Origin: Callorhinchus milii
Taxonomy: Eukaryota
Assembly: GCF_018977255.1 (NCBI RefSeq)
Contig: NW_024704747.1
Span: forward strand, 16,678,001 to 16,742,000
DNA length: 64,000 nt
Reading direction: 5' to 3'
Under the pieces are notes generated by a model, which was given only the letters and a program-made list of their open reading frames with translations, made no database searches and was not told the origin of the DNA. Position numbers and translations under genes: made by a program. This document shows, piece after piece, positions 38,463-49,937 of the stretch. The first letter of the stretch is position 1. Each line of letters starts with the position of its first letter.

Positions 38463-39088
38463 GTAAGTGAACCTCAGCTGAAATAACTTCTTGCACTCTG
38501 CTCGCTTTTGGCTTATCAGTCTCTGTGTTAACCGTTTGCCCTCATTCATCCCAAATATCAGTGTCTAGTGGACCCGGTTTTGGGGGGAGGAGGGTCGGGG
38601 GAAAAGATTTCTCAGGATCTTGAGTCTTATTGGGAATGGTCCAGTCAGCCACCAGTATACATTTGCTCCACTCTCATCACTTTATTATGGATTTGTCCAT
38701 GTATCTGACTTCGCACCAAGGCTCCGATTATAGAACTGATGGAACAACGCAGTTAGTGATCTCTCAGATGGTTACTTTCTCTCTGATTGTGGAGGGCCTG
38801 GGTGATGGGAGGTGGGGAAGAGGAGGTTTTGCGCTCATTATATTTGGGTGGCAGATAGAAGAAGTCTATTCTACCCAAAGGTGTTAGGCAAAATCGTGAT
38901 TTGGATCAAATGTGCTCTCATACCTTGCAGTGGGGGTGAGAAGGGAGGAGGAGTGAATGACAGGGGAGTGTTTTAAGGCATCGCCCGTTTGGTAAGCAGG
39001 ACGTTTCCTCAAAAACGAAGACTGCTTGTCCTGGACTTCTGGACAAGATCCTAAAAAGAGACTCTGTCCGTCCATCATCTTAATCCAG

Positions 39089-39423
39089 AGGCTTGAAATT
39101 CCACCAGATCTTAGTCTGTGAGACCGTTTTGTCTTAAAAAATTTAGTGGGAATGATGAAAAATTGTTACATTTATGTTGATTAATAATAATCTTTGCATA
39201 TGATAGAGCATCTTATCACGTCGTTGGGAGTCACAAAGCACTTTACAGAATATACTGTAAAGTAGATTTTGACTATTTTTGGGGCAAAAATGCTTAAATT
39301 CACTAGCCAGGTTTTTGCTTGAGGAATTGACTTCAAAATTAAGACTGAATTTAACAGTTTTCCACAATTCACTGTGGTCCTGCATTTGAATGAAAGTGGG
39401 TGGACCGGGTGGAATTTCAGGGC
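39089..39423. mobile_element. MITE-like element with an inserted SINE tail
   Basis: GGCTTGAAATTCCACC ... GGTGGAATTTCAGGG inverted ends; SINE tail at ~39180-39290. Confidence 0.6.
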
Positions 39424-40989
39424 TCAGGTGAGGAGCTGGTCTTTTAGGTCAGGGGAATCGATTATACCCAGAGATGCTGTCCTCTATGTCCGCTTAATCG
39501 TTCAGCACACTTTACCTCTCTCTCCTGACTTTTCTCTGGATTTTCTGTGTTTGCTCTCTCTTTGTTCCAGACTTCTGGAAGGAAATTGTAACTTATGTAA
39601 TACAGATGCTTTGCAGAGTTGACACTGGCAATCTGCTCGTTCAATTCTGCCTCGGCAGTGACGAGTATATTAATTGTTACTTTCATGTTGACGTATAAAT
39701 ATTTCTGGGTTATTTGAGGGGGGACGATGACGGAGTAATCCCTTCTAAAAATAGCCCTGTCATGATTGCTTTTTCTTAACCCTTCACCCACCCCGGGGAG
39801 ATGTCAAACTCAAATGTGGAACAATGTTGCCACCTCCTGGCACGACTCCAAAATTTTCAATTTTACTGGAGGAAAAAAATTGAAGGACAGGAACCAAAGA
39901 GCTCTCTCTCTCTCTCTCTCACGCTCACAAGCCTCCTTTTCCACCTCTCCCACCACCTCCACCACCCGCTCACAAAATACCTTTGCAATATGGTAATTTT
40001 CGACCACCTTGAGAGGGAAAGGGTTAAGTCAAGCCTGGCACACTCAGTAATTGAGGAAATCGTAGATCCCCAACTACATGATTGATTCTCTGTGGTTAAT
40101 GGCTTTCTTCTACCCCCAAAATTTACCACTTTATGATCGTGGCATTAACCCTTCAAGGACTGCGTAGCATTTTTTCTTATTTTGACGGGTTCTTCGAATG
40201 GGAGGTATATGGAGTGAGGGAGATTGTGTTTCTTTTCATCCTATTTTACATATACACAATCTCTCGGCTCAGGGAGCAAGTGAGGCCACGCAGCAGGGTC
40301 CAGGTTTGATACCTAGTCTGCAGTGGGGACCAGTGTAACCGGGGAGAAGAGGGGGAGGGGCGGGGGAACAGAGAGATATTAGTGCCACCTTCTCCTTGCT
40401 CTTCCCCTGCCTCATACCTCCCGCTCTAACTCTCTATCCCATTGCTCTCCGTGCTGCCTCTCATGAGCTTGTACGAGGCAACGCAAGGAGCAACGGGAAG
40501 AGAGCGGGTGGTAAAGGCTGTGCATATACCTAAAGGCCACCAGGGGGCGCATTTACCCCCCCCACCCACACACATGTTCCCAATTGCTGCTGCTACTGGT
40601 GAGAGGCTGGCATTAGCCGGGTTTGGGAAGCCGGCAGCCAGGGGTCCCCACTGCTAATCACTTTCCAGTGTATGTGCGTGGGAGTAAGCGTGGGGGGTGA
40701 GGACAGGATCAGCGGGCTCAGTTAATTGTCCTCAACGTTCCAATAATCTCCAATAATGGGGAACTGGAGAGAGGAGGGCATCGTTTCCACCCCCCCCACC
40801 CCTACATAGAGCTATACCCAGGGAACGATTAAGCACCTTCAGGAGAGAAGGTGGAGGAGGGAAGGGAAAGAAGAAAAAGTACAAATAAGAAAATTCACAG
40901 TCAAAAGCCACATTGGAAATTCAGAACTCAAAGGGTTAATTTGCACTGAATGGGTGTGGTGTCTTTACCTCTTCCAATGGTCCTTTTAG

Positions 40990-43900
40990 GCAAAACCCAG
41001 GAAATGGAGATGAGAAATGAGATTTTGGAGAATGTTGGGAGGAAAGGAGTCTTCCAGAATGCTGGAAATGATGCTGAACAGATGGAGAAGACTGGGGATG
41101 AGGAGGTGATAATGGATAATGTGGAAGGAAAGGAAAAGCAGACTGGCGGACACGAAAAGCAATGTGAGGACATGATTGGCACTGAGAAACCAACAGTCAG
41201 TGCTGCAGATAATGGAAACGTGGACCAGATAGGAAGCAAAGCCGCAGAAAATCTTGATGGAGAGCAAAATGCCTTTGGCGTTGGAATCAGTGAAGAAAAA
41301 GAGGTGTCTCAGGTGGTAAAGGTTGCGGACGACGTAGACATTGATGCAGGAGTGCAGATCTCTGCTAAAGCAGAGGAAAGTCAGAGAGCAATTGAAGTGA
41401 ATGATAGTCAGGCTCAAGGGAGGGGAAGCCTTAGTGATATTCACACAAGGGCGGATCAGTTTGATGGAGTGCACTTTGGAGGTACCGATTGCGAGATGGC
41501 AGAGGCAGTAGCCCCAGGGGTAGAGGATGAGTTGGGTGAGAATGTTGGGCGCGATGGAGACGGCAAATCAATAGCCCCAGAGGCAGAGGGTGAGTTGGGT
41601 GAAGATGTTGAAAGCGATGAAGATGGAAATAAGAGAACATTGGAAGAGGAAAGCAAGCAAATAGTAGATATCATTATAAAGCGGGCGGTAGAAATTGTGG
41701 AGCGGGAGATGGGCTTCAGTAATGTGCAGGAAGAGTTCCCAAAGGTAGAGGTTACTGAAGAGGAGACTGTCGACCAAATGCAAGGTGACCCCTCAGATGC
41801 AATGTGGGAAGAGGCTTGCGAATTAGTTTGTGACAAGGGGGATAGAGGGGATGAGATTATGAATGAGCAGTCCAGCATCAGTCATGTGGCTTCAGATAAC
41901 GCAGAGTTGAGCTCCGCATGCCTAGATGCTGAAAAACATCCAGGAAATCTTTATGAAAATGTAGATCTGGGAAGTGTGGAGGTAAACATGGTAGAACAAG
42001 GTCAAAGCGAACAGCCTGGGTCATGTCAGGAGACGACAGGCTCGATAGGTAATCAGTTGCAGGATGTATCTGAGAACGTGGGGAACAGAGAAGAGAGAGA
42101 ACAAGATCAGTTAGAGGAGAAAGACATCACACAGACATTAGTGAGAGAGAGGATTGACATTGAGCTAATAGCAGAAGAGGTGAAATCAGCCACTCATGGG
42201 GATCAGGGCAATAAGATCGAGAATAGTTTGCACAGAGAACAAGAGACAGAGACCTCAGCAGTCAAACAGAGGATTGGTCAGAATGAAGAGGACACTGGAC
42301 GTGCTGACCCGGAACAGGAGGTGGAGGCGGGAAGAGTGCGAAGGGCAGCAGACGATGACAAATTGATGCCCGCACAAAACAAAGAAACTGGTTCCCAGGA
42401 GAAATCCGATGAGACCCAGGAGATGTCCAGGCTGGGAGGCAGTGTGGAGCCTGGCTTTGTACAGGGCAGCCAGAATGAGACCATCATTGAAAGTGCAGCT
42501 AAAGGATCTGGAGTGGGTGAGGCAGAGACCAAGAGGCAGGATGTGAGCGAGATCAAGGCTGAGACCACAACCATGGAAGAGGATGAGTCTGGGATCAAAG
42601 GTGAGGTTAAGAGCCCTGGAGAGGATGAGGGTCAGGTGAGGACCGACCCAGAGGGGGAGGAACCTCGTTGTACAGACAAACAAGAGACTCTGGAGAAAAC
42701 AGTGAAGGAGACTGTTCTGGATGAAGGGGAGATAAAGGCTACTCAACCTGATTTTCACCACAGAGACGTTGTAGTGGAGGCTGAAGAGAAGGAAGAACTG
42801 AAGGAGAAGAGAGTGAGCGAGGTTGTACAGGGGGAACCGAACGACAGCGGGAAACACGACCGTGGCAAGAGTGAGGATGTTAATGAGCCGGAAAAGGTGA
42901 CCAAAGCTGCGGGTAATGTAAGTGCTGGCGAGAGACGCCCAGCGTTAGCTGGAGACGAGGAGGAGGCTGAAACAAGTAAAGATTCAGTTGTGCAAGAAAG
43001 TGTGGAGGTGGGAAATGGTGAAGCGGGACAGAGAGCTGAGATCAGTGACGAGGGTGAAGAGGCTCAGCTGAGGCTGCAGATGTCAGAGGTGGCCATGAAT
43101 GAGAAAGAGCCAGTGGCCAGAGGGGAAGAGGCGGGGGCCAGAGGGGAAGAGGCGGGGGCCGGAGGGGAAGAGGCCGGGGCCGGAGGGGAAGAGGCCGGGG
43201 CCGGAGGGGAAGAGGCCGGGGCCGGAGGGGAAGAGGCCGGGGCCGGAGGGGAAGAGGCCGGGGCCGGAGGGGAAGAGGCCGGGGCCGGAGGGGAAGAGGC
43301 CGGGGCCGGAGGGGAAGAGGCCGGGGCCGGAGGGGAAGAGGCGGGGGCCGGAGGGGAAGAGGCGGGGGCCGGAGGGGAAGAGGCGGGGGCCGGAGGGGAA
43401 GAGGCGGAGGCCGGAGGGGAAGAGGCGGGGGCCGGAGGGGAAGAGGCGGGGGCCGGAGGGGAAGAAGGGGGGCCGGAGGGGAAGAGGGGGGGCCGGAGGG
43501 GAAGAGGGGGGGGCCGGAGGGGAAGAAGGGGGGCCGGAGGGGAAGAAGGGGGGCCAGAGGGGAAGAAGGGGGGGCCAGAGGGGAAGAAGGGGGGGCCAGA
43601 GGGGAAGAAGGGGGGGCCAGAGGGGAAGAAGGGGGGGTCAGTGAGGAAGAGGCATTGGCCACAGGAGAAGAAGGTGAACAAGGGAAGCCCGAGTCCAACC
43701 AAGAAGCAGAGATGCTTCTGGACGAGAGCGGGCAGCCGGCCCTTCAGCAGAGCGTAGCGATATTGGAGGGTAGGTCAGAGCATGGAATGGAAACCGAGGA
43801 GGGTAAGAAAGGGGACAGCACGCAGGAGGAAGAAGCCAATACGGTGACGGATTCTCAGGAGAACAGCGAGAAACCACAAGAATGTCCAGGCAGTTCGGCA

Positions 43901-44368
43901 ACTCCGGAGGTCGAGGCAAAGCAGGAAGTGGGTGAGGAAAAAGATGGGTACATCAGGGAAGAGGTTCCGGCTAAATGGAACGAAGGAAAGAGAGAGATAT
44001 TGCAGGGAAAATCACATGGCAATGAACGGGATGACGTTGAAGAGCAGAAAGCGGCGCCTACTGAAAGCAACGAAGTGTGTGAGCCATTGGGCGGCCAGGA
44101 AGAGAATCCGCGGTCTGTAGTGGAGAGTAAACCCATCACAGTTAACCGGGCAGAGGAGGTGGAAGTGGTAGGAAGGGAGGAGGGAGAGGGAGGGAGTGAA
44201 GCTCAGGAAGCTAAGCAATTGAGTATTAGTGAGCAGCAAACCAACAACAACAATGGGGAAGAGCAGAGGGCAGAAGGTGGGGAACGTGAGGAGTCAAGTG
44301 AAATGTCACACAAATTCAAACCTGGTAAGGCAAAGAGAAAGAGTAAAGATGATTGTTTAATGTCCTGA
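40990..44368 (+). CDS. LRRFIP1: LRRFIP1 large acidic alternative terminal exon (GCF2/TRIP-type isoform), apparent frameshift within the VNTR
   Basis: ttttag acceptor, phase 1; starts (G)KTQEMEMRNEILENVGRK (human GRASEVEVKNEIVANVGKR) and ends KRKSKDDCLMS* (human KSKEDCTMS); ORFs 40950-43757 and 43655-44368 join if 4 G are restored in the repeat. Confidence 0.9.
43119..43639 (+). repeat. coding minisatellite, 25 units of ~21 bp (GGEEAGA/RGEEGGA)
   Basis: Unit GGAGGGGAAGAGGCCGGGGCC; 21 units are 21 bp and four are 20 bp. Confidence 0.95.
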
Positions 44369-45054
44369 AAACTAACGGAAGCCATCGACTCAACAAATCA
44401 TATCCATTCCATTGTCCGGTATACAATTTTATATTTATATATAGATATATATATACCCACACAAACATTCTAATCAGATTTTCATTTGATCGATCGTTCC
44501 GGCTATATTTTTGCACTATATTGACAGAGCGCACTACTGAGCTCGTTCTTCCTCACCCACTCTCTTGAGGGTAGGTGGGGCCGGGGAGGTCTATTCTCTG
44601 CAGCAAGGTTATGTCTGCACAAAAGCTCGGCTGGATACATTTTCCCGGCAAGCGGAGGGATCTTAAAACCCCTGTTACTCCCGCCGTTATCATCCAGACC
44701 CTTAACCCGTGTCAGGTCAGATCAGGCATTCCTGCTGAAAGCCGTCAAGTTGTTGTTTAAGAATATGTCAGTGACTCAAAAGGAAAGTTTCCCTGTTTGG
44801 GGAAACACCTCTCTTTTTAACACGTTCCCCGGTGGTTATCATTCAGCCCCTTTCGATTGCACTGTTTTCCGTTGAGGGTCAAACGCTGAGCAAAGGCTAC
44901 TTGCAAGAACTAGCATCTAGAAACGCACTAAAGTCCCTACTTGTTAATTATAGGTTCTCTATAACAAATATCAGCACTGTTAAAGGAAGTGACCTGTGCA
45001 CTATACTGTGCAGAGTATTCCACTGAACTGATCACCAACAACAACAAGAAATTG

Positions 45055-45360
45055 CCCGGTTGTGCCTTTAGCGTTTCTGTCCCCAGTCTCTGGAACTCCA
45101 TCCCGGAGCCCCTCTGCCTTGCCCATTCCATTATCTCCTTCAAGGCGCGTCTCAAGACCTTTTTATTTGACGTGCCTTTGATCAACTTCCCTCCTCCACC
45201 TTCCCTGCCCTCTTGACTGCAGCTTGCAGCTCGAGTGCAAACCCTTCACTATCCAGCGCCTAGGGACAACCTCCCAACGTGAAAAGCGCTAAATAAATGC
45301 AATTTGTTGTTGTTGTTGCATTTATGTAGCGCCTTTCACTTCGGGAGGACGTCCCAATCG
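45055..45360 (+). mobile_element. L2 LINE 3' end in the putative 3'UTR
   Basis: AFSVSVPSLWNSIP...SFKARLKTFLF followed by an L2 tail and (TTG)n. Confidence 0.8.
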
Positions 45361-45832
45361 CCAGATTACTTAATTATATTTCCATGCTTACAGTGCGATG
45401 CTCGCTGTTTTCCATGTATCCCTGAGATTTATTACACAGCATAACCCCAAGTGTACAAGACACATGCGGTTCAAACTCACCAGGCCATCACCTTGCACCA
45501 CGGCTGTAGGTTTGTCAGTGAGAGAATTAGATGAGGAAATGATGGCGGTGGGGAAGCTGTTACCAATGCACTGAAATGTGTCAAAGATGTCTGATTTCAT
45601 GTTGTGACATAACCTGCAGAGGAATGAGCTACTTAGAATTTTTTACAGAAAGTTTTTTTTAAAATGTGCCTTGTGGTTACACAGCTGAGGTGTTTTTTTT
45701 ATAGCAGCGTAAAGCTGGGCTCTGTAATTAGGAGACTGTTTAAGAGTTGAGCTTTGCTCCAAGCAAACCTAACCGCCACATGTAGAACTTGCGTGATGCT
45801 GATGTGTTGCTTCTTCAATAAGATGAAACCTG

Positions 45833-45838
45833 AATAAA
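45833..45838 (+). terminator. candidate poly(A) signal of the acidic isoform
   Basis: AATAAA followed within ~20 nt by a GT-rich tract (TGTGTGTTGTG). Confidence 0.5.
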
Positions 45839-46920
45839 AACGTGAATCTTGCATGTGTGTTGTGGACTGTTCTCAGTGTTGGTTTATTCCAGTTTACAAG
45901 TGTGTCAGAATAAGATACTAGGGGAGGGGAAGGGGCATGTTAGCCCATGCATCCTAGCTAAACATTGGCCTCATTGGATTTCTTACCCTTTCCTTCTGTG
46001 TAGCAATTATTTTAGCCTTGAGGTGGCTGAGTGGTTTAAATTGCTCTACCTGGTGTGGGAGCGAGCATGCATAGAGCAAACAGGACCAGAGATGTCCTGG
46101 GTTTGATCCTTGGTCCTTGGTCTGTGCTGAGTTACAGCTGGTCTATCCAGGACAGAGGTGGGGAGAGTGTGACAAGTGGCCTCAGGTGAGCCTGGTCGCT
46201 TAGTAGGTGCAATGAGGACAGGACCAGAGTTGGCTGTGATGCCCTCTGTGGTCACCCAACATCTGCCAACACTCTGATTCAACTCTCCTAGCAGAAGCTC
46301 ACACAAGTCCATGGAAACTCCCAGGAAGAGTCCAGGCTGGGGAAGGAAATTATCTGATCAGACTTTGTTAAGCTTCTCGCAGTGCACGATTTTCTCTTGG
46401 ACACAAGAATGGAAGAATTTCCAAATGCCAGTGATTTAAACGGCACTCCCATCCCCACCCCTTTCAGGTTATTGTAGGAATGCGTGCCATCATGCAAACT
46501 AATCAATTCTCTTCTCTTCAAATATTCTTGGGTGAGGATGTGCTCGTTACCAGCCATCCACCCCATGCCCAAGAGTTATTAAATCGTGTGTCAGTGAACA
46601 TCTCTGAGGAACCATCAGCGGGTCACAAGGTCATGTAAGTTGCTTCCGTTCATATCGGTAGCTTTGCTCGCCTTGCACCCTCCATCTTCACCTGTATCCG
46701 TGGAGGTGAGGGGCTCTTTCTCTTCACTCTTCTTGGGCTAGTCTGAATAAGCTACAGTATCAAGTAGTTCATCCTTTCTGGTGGCATTCGAGGGCTCTCT
46801 ATTTAAACCATTCTCTCTCTGTGATTGGGTTGGGCTCTGATCTCTGCTTTTCTCGCTTGCTGGCTTGTTTAATTGTACTTTGTTTAGTGCCTTCATGAAA
46901 TGTTTTCTTAAAAGACTTGT

Positions 46921-47151
46921 GTCCTGAAATACCACCCAATCTTTAAAGTCAAACTAATTTGTTTTAAAATTTAAGATATTGATCGTAGAATTGTGGAACA
47001 TTTTTAAATTTGTTAATTTGGAAACGGTTTACCACAGTTCTTATTAAGAAAAAGCTTCCAAATTAAGACTTTTTTTACACACAATTCTGCCCGACCTTAA
47101 ATTTTAAGCCAAAACTGAACTTGCTGGGTAACACTAGGAGGGATTTCAAGC
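46921..47151. mobile_element. MITE-like element
   Basis: CCTGAAATACCACC ... GAGGGATTTCAAGC ends; internal TTAAGA/AGAATTGTGGAA shared with the other copies. Confidence 0.55.
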
Positions 47152-48785
47152 TCTTCGTTGGGCTTTGCTTGACCTGTCGACAAATGCTAGGACTTTGCCC
47201 AAGTAACCCGAAATTAATGCCACTCAAGCCCTCATCTAATGCAGAGCTACAGGTTTAGTGTTGAATCCCAGCATATGTCAACATTTCAATGCTCCTAATC
47301 ACATTCATCCCAAGATTCATCCCCGAGTTTGCTCAACATAGGAAGTACTGATTTTTGACTGTTCTATTGGATCAAGGCCTGGTTCATGGAGGGAGATGGA
47401 CTGTTGGCCTTCCAACTCTACTCCGCCTGTCTCATTGAAAAGAAGCAAAGGGCTGTTTTATTCCTTTATCTTTTTAGGATGAAACAGCATCAAAGCCCAG
47501 CTCAATAATTCAGATTGTAGTAAATTGCGTTACAAAGCACCAATATTATACAACTGCTGAACAACAGAGATATCTGGAAATTGAGATGGCGTGGACAGGC
47601 TTTAAACAAGCCAAGTTGTTTGATTCAGTCGGTGATATAAGGCAGTCCTATCATCTCTCCTTGGAACTTGAATGGTGTTAGTGACTGAAATGCAATTGTC
47701 ATTACAACAGAATTTGTGATGTTCTTGCATGGTGTACTGTACATATATATGAAGTACGTTTAGTGAATCTTTACTTGACAAAATGACTGGAGTTCAATGT
47801 ATCCTGATATGGTGGTGAGAGGGAAAGAATGGTCATAGAAGAGCAAGTGATAGACTGGTCAAACGGAGTGCACAAAGAGAGAACATGTAATTTTGTTCTG
47901 TGTTAAATGTGTTTGAACGATTAACTGTGCTTTGTGAAATTCCATTGTATGCCCTTTAATACAGTGTTGTGTGGGTCAGATACCTCTCAGGGAAATCTGA
48001 ATCCTGCTGCTTACACAATGTTCAACACTTGCTGTTGGATCTTACAGTTGAATCTTCAGCATGCATTGCGCTGTCTCTTAGCAGCTTAGTAGCCACCTCC
48101 CCTGCATCTTACACGTGCTGCTTCACAGACTGACTGCACGATCACAGCATTGAGGCGTTTGAGTAGTTTAATAGATTATTGTATATTGTTGCAAAAAACG
48201 TGTATGTTGCAAATCCATATTGTGCAATAATCTAGTTATAACACACCTGCTGATCTCTTCAGTGAAATCTATCCAGAACTGGGGAGATAGGAGGGGGAAG
48301 CATTCATTTACACAGTAATAATGGCTCTGAGCTTGGAGTTCAGTACATTGGAGGGGAAATCACACCAGGATGTGAACAGTGTTCCCTGAATGTCATTGTG
48401 CATGCACAGGTTTGGGTTAGAAGTCTTCTCTCAGTTTCCGTCTCTTGTCTGAGGGGTCGGAAGGTGTGTTATAATTGTTTTGATGCTAACCCACGTTATA
48501 AGTTGTGTTTGACCCTAGAGAATGTTGCATGCTAAACTAAATAGAAGATTAAACTGTGTGCATGCAGCTAGTGGCAACGGGCATTTCCAATGACGTGAAC
48601 TAAACCTTGGCTGAACCTTCCCATATCTGTGGTACGTGAATAACTACATTCAACTTTGTACAACTAACCTCAACATTCCTTCATTTTATGTTCTCTTTTT
48701 TGATATTAAATGTTCGACTTCTCTCAGATTCTTCAATTATAATTTGCCTTTTCTGTGTTCTGTTTTTTTTCTTTTTATCCCCCAG

Positions 48786-48835
48786 ATTTTAGGCTGAGAA
48801 AATTATTAGATGAAAGAGATGTACTGTTAGAACAG
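48786..48835 (+). CDS. LRRFIP1: LRRFIP1 coiled-coil isoform exon ((D)FRLRKLLDERDVLLEQ)
   Basis: Human DIRLKKLVDERECLLEQ; long polypyrimidine tract, cccag/gtaact; phase 1 start. Confidence 0.95.
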
Positions 48836-49284
48836 GTAACTTTCTACATTCTTCTTGCTCAGAGCTAGGTTTTCCTTCCTGCTTTCATCAAAAACTCTTT
48901 CAAATATCTTGTATCTTGTTTTATTTTTTAAAAAAAGATTGTCTTTTCTCCTCTCCTCAAATGTGCTGACTAGAGCCACAGTCAGGTCCTCTTGTCAAAG
49001 TGCTCCGAACATTATCCTATGTGAAGGCTGCTATATTAGTGCAAATTGTTGTTGTTGTTGTGTTGACTCATTCCAGGTATAGATTCTCATTCCAACGTGC
49101 TAACTCGTGCCAGATGCAAGGTCTCGTACCAGGGCCCAATTTTTATCTATCGAGTTTAGACAATAAAGATCATTAAAATCATTAGACTATGGAGCTGCCT
49201 GGATATTCACATGAGGACAAGGATCACTGGAAAGGAACTCTGTCTGACGTTTCCTCCCTAGCCCAGGGACGTCAAAGCCAACTA

Positions 49285-49558
49285 AGAGAGACCTGAGTTC
49301 AATTCCAGACAGGGCGAAACCTTGGGCAAGTTTCCTTACTCCACACGCCTAATAATAATCCCTCCAAAAAAACAAAACAATAATAAATTGGTCATTTTCA
49401 ATTTACGACTGTTTCTGGGATATTGCTGTGTGCAATTGGCTGCCGCGTTCGCCCACAAATATACAGTCAATTCACTTTACAGTATATTCTGTGAAGCGCT
49501 TTGGGACGTCTAGAAGATGTGAAAAGCGCTATATCAAATGCAAGGATTATTATTATTA
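49285..49558 (+). mobile_element. short-variant tRNA-SINE, 5' truncated
   Basis: GGGCGAAACCTTGGGCAAGTTTCCTTACTCCACACGCCTAATAATAATCCCTCC ... (ATT)n. Confidence 0.8.
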
Positions 49559-49763
49559 TGATGCACTAGCTGTGATCAGCTAACTAACTGCCCAAATCAT
49601 ACAGCAAGGCTTGGCTTTACACCAGCTCGGCATAATTACCAATTAAACCACCAGGGGAGCTATGTTTCCTATTGAATGTATATGGGATTCAATGTAGAGT
49701 CATGCTAATCAGTGTAAAAGTTCTATAGAGTTATAGTTGTAACAAAATATGTGTTTCTTTCAG

Positions 49764-49881
49764 GTTAAAAAATTAAAAGCACAGATTGATGATAAAACGA
49801 AGAATGGGAAAGTGGATAATGTCATGTCGGATGATGCAATCTTACAAAACGGGACTGACCTGCAGATGATTGAAGTGCAAA
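49764..49881 (+). CDS. LRRFIP1: LRRFIP1 exon (VKKLKAQIDDK...NGTDLQMIEVQ+A)
   Basis: Human IKKLKGQL...ENGTDMHVMDLQ; ttcag/gtgagc; 118 bp. Confidence 0.95.
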
Positions 49882-49937
49882 GTGAGCTTCTCATCCGTGT
49901 TTCTCTGGCCAATATAATCTATGTTAGTATTAGTGGC

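Noticed and set aside
39745-39754. Perfect MEF2 site CTAAAAATAG
   Set aside because: A single motif without cluster or conservation evidence; can occur by chance
43119-43639. CRISPR-like or programmed-frameshift interpretation of the array
   Set aside because: No spacers and a eukaryotic coding context; the indels lie in G homopolymers typical of sequencing error
43042-43702. Pro-rich antisense ORFs and the alternative-frame GPEGKR ORF (collagen-like look)
   Set aside because: Stop-free by-products of the 21-bp G-rich repeat
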